A stretch of DNA of 64,000 nt from Bacillota bacterium (GTDB lineage Bacteria; Bacillota; Clostridia; Acetivibrionales; DTU013). The position numbers were made by a program, and so were the translations under genes. The DNA lies in the NCBI GenBank assembly GCA_023435305.1, contig JAEYRV010000040.1, positions 1,122-65,121 on the forward strand, read 5' to 3'. The notes under the pieces were generated by a model. The model had not been told where the DNA came from. It saw nothing but the letters and a program-made list of their open reading frames with translations, and made no database searches. This document shows positions 57,616-64,000 of the stretch, piece by piece; positions within the stretch are counted from its first letter, which is position 1, and the number at the start of each line of letters is the position of its first letter.

Positions 57616-59880
57616 TCATTTTCCCAACCGAACATCTAATGAATTTGATCCGTCTGTTTTTGTCCTTGTATTTATACCGGAATAATCCTTTAAAGCATCG
57701 AATGAAAGTGTATATTTCTTATCGTACTCAAGAGAATCAAACCTCAGTATGATAGTAGTTGCATTATAAAATGTTACACTTGATGGAATTCTCTTTATTT
57801 TTGCTCCGTTTTCATCATTCTCCAGCGAATAATTCGTATTTAACAAATTGGGCAGATCCATGGCGATTTCTTTATTAAATGTCACCTTTATCGCATCGGG
57901 AGAGATGATGACAGCATCTGACATAACAGGTTTTGCCGTTGTTGAGCCGTTTCCGTTAAAACCGTACTCTAGGATCTGTGATGAACTGTAACCCATATGA
58001 TCCAGTAAGGATGGGATCACACGAAGCTTATATGTCTTTGTACCATCCAGCTGTCTGTCTGCAGGCAGAAACAGCTTAATAAGATACGGATTTGTGACAG
58101 CATCGTAATAAGTTTTTACAGGCACTGATAAATATCCGCCGTGAGTTATTCCGATTATGTTGAAGTTCGAAGGGATTTCAGCCGAGGTCTTATCAAGCGG
58201 CCTGTCGAAAAACACAGCAATAGTACCGGCATCTGTCGGAGTAGCATTTAATATCTTTATATCAGATTTATCCGGGTAACTTCCATAAAATGAATAGCTC
58301 TTCTCAGTTATACTAAACTGACGGCTTATATCATTCACGTTATTGATCATAATACTATAAGCTTTTGTTTTTTCAAGGATCATATCCAGAGTAAGAAGCA
58401 CGCTTTTACCCTGTCTTTCTCCATCACCGGAAATGACAGCCTTATTGATCCTGATTGGAATGCCTGCACTATCAGTCAGATAATAACTGAATACCTGCTG
58501 AGCTATTGTTGGATTTAACTCCATGTTGAAATCCAATTGCAGCGTTCTGTTATTTATGGGCTCAATATTGATCATCTGAAACTCTGCATTTTCTAAAGCT
58601 TTTCCTGAAAATCTGATGCTATCTCCCTGCATTTCATTTAACTTTACACCATAGGCACTGCTCAAAGCGCCGCTCACCTTAAGCACATATTGAGCGCCAT
58701 CTGTGAAGGTTTTATCTTTAAGCGTGATCATTACAGCATTGTCAACTGTGCCCAATAGCTTTACGGTCATTGTCTGAGAACTTCCTCTCTCAAACAATAC
58801 ATCATTCTGATAAATCTCATAGTTAGATGCGATCTCGCTGTTTATATTCACCGGATGTGTAAAGTACAGTTTCAGCATGTTTTTACTAGTACACTCGATT
58901 TTGCTGATCTTAAAGAAATCAGACTTTAATTCAGGATTACGATACCCGTTGAATGTACCAGAAATATTTAACGTAGCATTGCCTTGTAAATCTACTACAT
59001 TCATTAATTCAATAGTATAACCTCTCTCAGGAGCCTGATCAGATGTTTTGAGAACAAGCTCATTATTCAATAAGGACTCAACATTAACAGTCAGACGTTT
59101 GGAAAGATCCATTGTTTCATATATGTATATATCATCAGTCGATATTGGCTTAATATTTTCACTGAACTTTATTGATATCTTGTTTTTATCAACAACAGTG
59201 ATCAATGCAATACTCGTTGGGACATCATCGGAAAAAATGCCTGCAGCCACAGCCTGAGACTTTGTTATTGCACCTTCATTTATTAAAACATCGATTTGCT
59301 TGATTTTGGATATCTTGTTCTCAATATTCAGAGAATTGTACATTGCATCGACAACGAGCCCGCGCTTATATTGAGAATTATCTGCAACCTTGCCGGCATA
59401 TGATGGATCTTTCACTAATCCTTCACTGTAAGCGGTTTGATATACATCGCTCCATGTAAAATCCACACCATATGCATAGCCTAATGCACATAGAACCATC
59501 TTTAAGAAAGACTTTTCACTAATATAATCATTCGGTGCAAATCTGCCATCTGTGAAACCTGTCAATATACCTTGTTCAACACAGTAACCTACATAAGGGG
59601 CGTACCAGTCTGTAGGCTTAACATCACTAAATATGGTATATATATAATTTTCCTTATTCTCAAGCACATGATTTTCCTTGCCAAGAAGTCTTACAATGAA
59701 GGTCGACGCTTCACTCCTGCGCAGCTGTCCATTAAGATTGTAATCGCTGCCGTCACCTTTTAACAAATTAAGCTGATTTAAGGAATTGGCTTTATTTTGA
59801 ATATCAGTAGCGGCATATACCGGGATCACAACAAATGAAATGAGCAATACGACCGCGATTAATAATTTTATAGACCTCAT
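57616..59880 (-). CDS. SLH-domain cell-wall protein with multiple Ig-like repeats (paralog 2)
   Basis: Signal peptide and N-terminal SLH repeats (LNLLKGDGSDYNLNGQLRRSEASTFIVRLLG; FSDVKPTDWYAPYVGYCVEQGILTGFTDGRFAP). About 550 aa of beta-rich repeats follow. Confidence 0.8.
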   Translation of the reverse strand: MRSIKLLIAVVLLISFVVIPVYAATDIQNKANSLNQLNLLKGDGSDYNLNGQLRRSEASTFIVRLLGKENHVLENKENYIYTIFSDVKPTDWYAPYVGYCVEQGILTGFTDGRFAPNDYISEKSFLKMVLCALGYAYGVDFTWSDVYQTAYSEGLVKDPSYAGKVADNSQYKRGLVVDAMYNSLNIENKISKIKQIDVLINEGAITKSQAVAAGIFSDDVPTSIALITVVDKNKISIKFSENIKPISTDDIYIYETMDLSKRLTVNVESLLNNELVLKTSDQAPERGYTIELMNVVDLQGNATLNISGTFNGYRNPELKSDFFKISKIECTSKNMLKLYFTHPVNINSEIASNYEIYQNDVLFERGSSQTMTVKLLGTVDNAVMITLKDKTFTDGAQYVLKVSGALSSAYGVKLNEMQGDSIRFSGKALENAEFQMINIEPINNRTLQLDFNMELNPTIAQQVFSYYLTDSAGIPIRINKAVISGDGERQGKSVLLTLDMILEKTKAYSIMINNVNDISRQFSITEKSYSFYGSYPDKSDIKILNATPTDAGTIAVFFDRPLDKTSAEIPSNFNIIGITHGGYLSVPVKTYYDAVTNPYLIKLFLPADRQLDGTKTYKLRVIPSLLDHMGYSSSQILEYGFNGNGSTTAKPVMSDAVIISPDAIKVTFNKEIAMDLPNLLNTNYSLENDENGAKIKRIPSSVTFYNATTIILRFDSLEYDKKYTLSFDALKDYSGINTRTKTDGSNSLDVRLGK

Positions 59881-60002
59881 ATCAATACCTCTTTTCTCTT
59901 GTAATAGTATAAATACTGCTTACATTATAGCAGTTTATACCGATAATTAACAGTTGTTTGACTCTTAAATTGTGGTTATTGTTCCGCATTCCAAAATTAT
60001 AA

Positions 60003-60042
60003 TAAACAATAAAGGATGGGAATCCATTGAGGACCCCATCCT
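60003..60042 (-). terminator. intrinsic terminator between the two SLH paralogs
   Basis: The RNA reads AAGGAUGGGG-loop-CCCAUCCUU followed by a U-rich tail (UAUUGUUUAUUAU). Confidence 0.65.
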
Positions 60043-60057
60043 TAAAATTAACAATGA

Positions 60058-62340
60058 TCAATTGCCAAGCCGGACACTAACACTATTCAGGTCCTCTGTC
60101 GCCAATCTAAAATACAGATCTGAATAATCAACCAAACGATCGTTGAATTTCAATGTATAGACTTTAGATAGATCCAGATTATCAAATCTCAGTGTCAGGG
60201 TTTTTGCATTTACATAATTTACACTGGCCGGATTCTTTGTAACCGTGTTGGAGCCATCCTTATATGACAAGCTATAGTTTGTGCTGAGTGTATTTGGTAC
60301 ATTTGCTGATATTTCCTCATTAAATGAAACTTTTATAGTATCATTGGAAATGATCAAAGCTTCTGTCATATATGGTTTGATATTATTATTACTGGTTCCA
60401 TTAAATGTATAGTACAAATCATCAGGCGGTGTTTCTCCAAAGTAATCCTGCATTATCTTGTCGACCTTAAGTTTAAATGTATTTGGAGCGGCCATTTCAT
60501 CGCCTGCTATGAACAATTTAACCATATAAGGATTTATTTCGCTATTATAGTATACTTTTATAGGATTACTGGTATATCCCGGATTAGTAATTCCTGTTAC
60601 TGTATAACGGAACTGATCCGTAGCTGTAGTATCACTTAGAGGTCTGTTAAAGTATACACTTAGTGTTCCCTTATCTTCAACAAAAACATTAACCAAAGAT
60701 AGATTTTCAATATCAGTAGTAACACCAACTAACTGATACGGCTGATCCGAAGTCAACGGTATTTGCCTGAAACTATCGTATACATTATTTATTATCAATT
60801 TATATTGCTTATTTTCAAGCCATGATCCTACCTGCAATGTAACCTCTTTATTCTTGTATACCCCTTCCTTAGTTACTATTGCATTCCCAATGAAGCCCGG
60901 TATTTCATTTGAATCTTTGATTGAATAATTAGTAAATACCTGCGCAGATGAGACATCGACGTCTTTATTGAATCGTACTCTTATGTACTTCTTATTGATC
61001 GCAGTGATATTTGTGACATAGAATCCCTCATTCGCACTTGCCCTTGCAACAAATCCCATACTTTCGCCCGAGCCATTATTAAGTTTCGTACCATAAACGC
61101 TGTAGAGCTCGCCGCTTACTTTCAGCGAATAACTCTTGTTGTCAGCCAGATCCTTCTCCTTAAAGAAGATACTAACAGCATTGTCATAGGGTGCCAGGCA
61201 TTTTACACTTTCAGACTGGAAGCTTCCCTTTATGTAGGTTGTAGTACCATCTAGTACATCAAAATACATAGGTACCTCAGCATTTAAATTCACAGGATGT
61301 GTAAAAAATACATTGATTACATTTTTACTTACAGGCTCTATCTTGCTTATCCTAAAGAAGTCAGATTTCACTTCTACGTTTTTATATCCGGTAAAAGTAC
61401 CTGTAACAGTATTCACATTCTTTTCCTGGTCTGAGACATCTGAAATATTTATTGTGTATCCTTTATCAGGGATCTGTGTTGAAGTAGTGATTGTTACTTC
61501 ATCATCTGACTGAGACTTTATTGTTGCAGTCAGCTTTGTTGATGTATTCTGTGTTTCGCTGATCAAAATGCTGGAGCTGCTTATACTTTTTATTTTTTCA
61601 TTAAACTTGACCTTAACAGTAGTGGCATCAAGCACACCTATACTTGATATGGCTGTGATTATTGAATCCTTTATGAATCCTTCAGATACAGCATCAGCTC
61701 TTTTAATGATCCCTTTCTCCAATAAACTGTCCAGTACTTTGACTTTTGTTGTTCTGTTCGTTCTATCAAGAGAATTGAAAAGAACAGTGACCACAGAACC
61801 TCTTTTATAATTCACGTCATCCTTTTCTTTGAACTCATAATCAGGACCATATACCAGGCCTACATCGTAAGCTTTCCTATATACATTGTTCCAGGTATAA
61901 TCAACGTTATACTTGTAGCCGAGTACGCCTAATACAAGCTTTATGAATGCCTTCTCGCTTATATTTTCATTAGGCTTGTAATTACCATCCGGATAGCCAT
62001 CTATGATTCCCATCTGGCTGCAATATCCCACATATGGTGCATACCATGCAGAACTCTGAACATCTTTAAATTTAGTATTTGCCCACTTGGCCTTGTCAGC
62101 TAATACACTCTCCTCCATACCCATAAGACGGACGATAAATGTTGCTGCCTCACCTCTGACAAGTGAACCATTCAGATTAAAGTCTTTGCCATCTCCCTTT
62201 AGTATATTGAATTTATTCAGGGTTATTGCCATTTCATTACTTGATTTGGTCGACGCGGCATTTAAAGGCATCATTATTGACATCACAATGCACATAACTA
62301 AAAATATAACAGTTGCTTTCTTTAAACTCATATCCCTCAC
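60058..62340 (-). CDS. SLH-domain cell-wall protein with multiple Ig-like repeats (paralog 1)
   Basis: It has the same architecture as 57616-59880 and is collinear with it (for example KSDFFRISKIEPVSKNVINVFFTHPVNLNAE versus KSDFFKISKIECTSKNMLKLYFTHPVNINSE). Confidence 0.8.
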   Translation of the reverse strand: MRDMSLKKATVIFLVMCIVMSIMMPLNAASTKSSNEMAITLNKFNILKGDGKDFNLNGSLVRGEAATFIVRLMGMEESVLADKAKWANTKFKDVQSSAWYAPYVGYCSQMGIIDGYPDGNYKPNENISEKAFIKLVLGVLGYKYNVDYTWNNVYRKAYDVGLVYGPDYEFKEKDDVNYKRGSVVTVLFNSLDRTNRTTKVKVLDSLLEKGIIKRADAVSEGFIKDSIITAISSIGVLDATTVKVKFNEKIKSISSSSILISETQNTSTKLTATIKSQSDDEVTITTSTQIPDKGYTINISDVSDQEKNVNTVTGTFTGYKNVEVKSDFFRISKIEPVSKNVINVFFTHPVNLNAEVPMYFDVLDGTTTYIKGSFQSESVKCLAPYDNAVSIFFKEKDLADNKSYSLKVSGELYSVYGTKLNNGSGESMGFVARASANEGFYVTNITAINKKYIRVRFNKDVDVSSAQVFTNYSIKDSNEIPGFIGNAIVTKEGVYKNKEVTLQVGSWLENKQYKLIINNVYDSFRQIPLTSDQPYQLVGVTTDIENLSLVNVFVEDKGTLSVYFNRPLSDTTATDQFRYTVTGITNPGYTSNPIKVYYNSEINPYMVKLFIAGDEMAAPNTFKLKVDKIMQDYFGETPPDDLYYTFNGTSNNNIKPYMTEALIISNDTIKVSFNEEISANVPNTLSTNYSLSYKDGSNTVTKNPASVNYVNAKTLTLRFDNLDLSKVYTLKFNDRLVDYSDLYFRLATEDLNSVSVRLGN

Positions 62341-62407
62341 CTTTCCTGTGTTTACTAATTCAATTATATCATACTTTTATGGCATTGCATCGCATGTTAC
62401 AGAAGTG

Positions 62408-62449
62408 TAAAAAAGAAAGGCCTTTGAGAGATTTCTCTCTCAAAGGCCT
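62408..62449 (-). terminator. strong intrinsic terminator after the S-layer-like gene
   Basis: The RNA reads AGGCCUUUGAGAGA-GAAA-UCUCUCAAAGGCCU followed by UUCUUUUUU. Confidence 0.8.
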
Positions 62450-62511
62450 GTTTCCTTTTAGATTCTTGATGTCAGACCATTAAGTCCTACATCACTCACC
62501 TGTTACTGCAA

Positions 62512-64000
62512 TTACTTCTGAGCAAATACTACTGCTGCAGCATCTCCGTCGTGGAGCTGTCCAGTGATCGTTGTCAGAGCCTCAGTAACTGTTCCGAGGA
62601 AGTCAACTGAACCCTGTCCGTTGAGTGTCATTACCGGAGTAACTGTGATTACAAATCTGTCGATATAAGCGGCACTTGAATCAGCTACTGTAGCATCACC
62701 AAGTTTTGTTACTACTGCGATGTCACCATCAACGAGAGCTGTAGTACCATTGATCTTGATTTCAAGAGCATCCAACAGATTGTCATCGTTAGTAGTAACA
62801 TCAGTAGCTGTCTTGAACTTCTGATTCATTATTACTGTAATTTCCTGACCAGAAGCTTTAACTTCCTTTATTGCCAGCTTAGCAGGAGCTGCCGTGCTCT
62901 TTGCAAACTGGATAGAGAGGTTCGCATTAGCATCTGTTTTAACTGACTTGTTTCCAATTGCATTGTAAATTGTGTCAGCAGTTATTACCAGATTGTCTGT
63001 TGCTGTTGCAACATCAGCACTCAGCTTCAATGTTGCTGTCTTGTTTGTGCTATTATACTCAGCATCAATTACTGTTCCAGTAGTTACTGCATAGTTTGTT
63101 GTAGTTTCTACATCTGTCTCATCCATTTCTTCAGGGAAGTATACTACAAGTGTCCTGGCGTCAGTTGCTACTGTGTAAACATCCTTGATATAAGCAGTCA
63201 GGCTAGTGTTTCCGGCGAATGCTACGTTTGTAACATCTGCGTTCATTCCAACTGTTGTGGTTAAAGCTGAAACGTTAGAGATAAGTGCAGCTCCAGCAGC
63301 AGTGTTAATAACAAGCTTGTAGGATGCCGCTGCAGGAGTATCGACACTAAGTCTTACTTCCCACTGAGTCTTGTCTGTGTTAACTGCTCTAGCCGCTACG
63401 ATTTCACCATCTGTTCCATCAAGGTAACCTGTAACACCGTCAAAGTCTACATATGCAAACTCATCCGTTGCAACTGCATTGTCTGTGAATCCTAATACTC
63501 TGATCGGCTGATTGAAGTAGAGTCTCAAAGTGTTCTTTGAAGTAGCTACTATACCATCAACTTTAATAGCAGCAGGAGCTGTAGTGTTTTCTGCAACTAC
63601 TATTTCATCGTGTTCCACATCCAGTCCAGTACCAGTAACAGAAACTGTTACTGTATTTGCTGTTGGGTTTTCAAAGCCATTGAGGGTCGCTGTATAAAGG
63701 ATTACTACTTTGTCATTTGTTTCATCAATTATTGCTGCATCAGGTGCAGTATCATTTGCACCAGTTACTGTAAACGATGCTGCCAATGTTACAGGGCTAG
63801 TAGTAGTAAAACCAGTGATATCCTTTACTGCTTTGGAGAAGTAAAGCTTGATTGCCTGGTCATTAAGAGCTACAGCGCCTTCCAGTTTAGGAGCGGCTGC
63901 AGTTGCTCCACCTGTACCAATAAAGTTCTTTGAGAATCCGGCAGCGTCCATTGCTACGCCATCAGAATTCTTAACGTTCTTGATCGTGATCTTGTAAACT
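62512..64000 (-). CDS. Ala/Thr/Val-rich S-layer-like surface protein, C-terminal part (runs off the window)
   Basis: The frame stays open to position 64000 upstream of the track's Met (...VYKITIKNVKNSDGVAMDAAGF...). It has repetitive beta-rich segments (LYFSKAV, LRLYFNQPI, LVVYFPEEM) like the Ig-like repeats of the neighbouring genes, and a strong terminator. Confidence 0.6.
   Translation of the reverse strand, partial: VYKITIKNVKNSDGVAMDAAGFSKNFIGTGGATAAAPKLEGAVALNDQAIKLYFSKAVKDITGFTTTSPVTLAASFTVTGANDTAPDAAIIDETNDKVVILYTATLNGFENPTANTVTVSVTGTGLDVEHDEIVVAENTTAPAAIKVDGIVATSKNTLRLYFNQPIRVLGFTDNAVATDEFAYVDFDGVTGYLDGTDGEIVAARAVNTDKTQWEVRLSVDTPAAASYKLVINTAAGAALISNVSALTTTVGMNADVTNVAFAGNTSLTAYIKDVYTVATDARTLVVYFPEEMDETDVETTTNYAVTTGTVIDAEYNSTNKTATLKLSADVATATDNLVITADTIYNAIGNKSVKTDANANLSIQFAKSTAAPAKLAIKEVKASGQEITVIMNQKFKTATDVTTNDDNLLDALEIKINGTTALVDGDIAVVTKLGDATVADSSAAYIDRFVITVTPVMTLNGQGSVDFLGTVTEALTTITGQLHDGDAAAVVFAQK

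Overview
The window reads as a chromosomal, mostly housekeeping segment of an endospore-forming Firmicute with SLH/S-layer proteins (Clostridia-like). Nearly all genes are on the minus strand. In coordinate order it contains:
- a partial methyl-accepting chemotaxis protein gene
- an apparent operon of MTHFR-like, etfB, etfA and a formate/nitrite-family channel
- an L,D-transpeptidase, a threonine aldolase-like PLP enzyme and a GGDEF-EAL protein
- an ilvB-ilvN-ilvC-leuA-cimA operon controlled by a T-box leader
- an HtrA-like protease, a DUF951 protein, and glnA with a terminator-containing leader
- a rubredoxin that is missing from the ORF track
- yyaC, a PP2C/SpoIIE-type phosphatase, prmC, a DUF1385 protein, rpmE, and a rho with a long disordered insert
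- a DagK-family kinase, a heterodimeric ABC exporter with an AraC regulator, and sspH
- an ABC ATPase with a 556-aa polytopic partner
- a truncated hydrolase remnant
- two MarR-controlled modules
- a NitT/TauT-type ABC importer with redox proteins and a MerR regulator
- rlmH and a walR-walK-(extra gene)-yycH-yycI-murA-walJ cluster
- two tandem TolC/OEP-like genes, two paralogous SLH/Ig-like wall protein genes, and a partial Ala/Thr/Val-rich S-layer-like gene

I found no rRNA, tRNA, CRISPR array, transposase, integrase, prophage or recognisable defence genes. I do not see a clear-cut novel system. The most unusual items are the orphan TolC-like pair inside the SLH/S-layer locus and the MTHFR-like/Etf/FNT gene set. 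All family assignments come from reading motifs in the translations; no searches were run.
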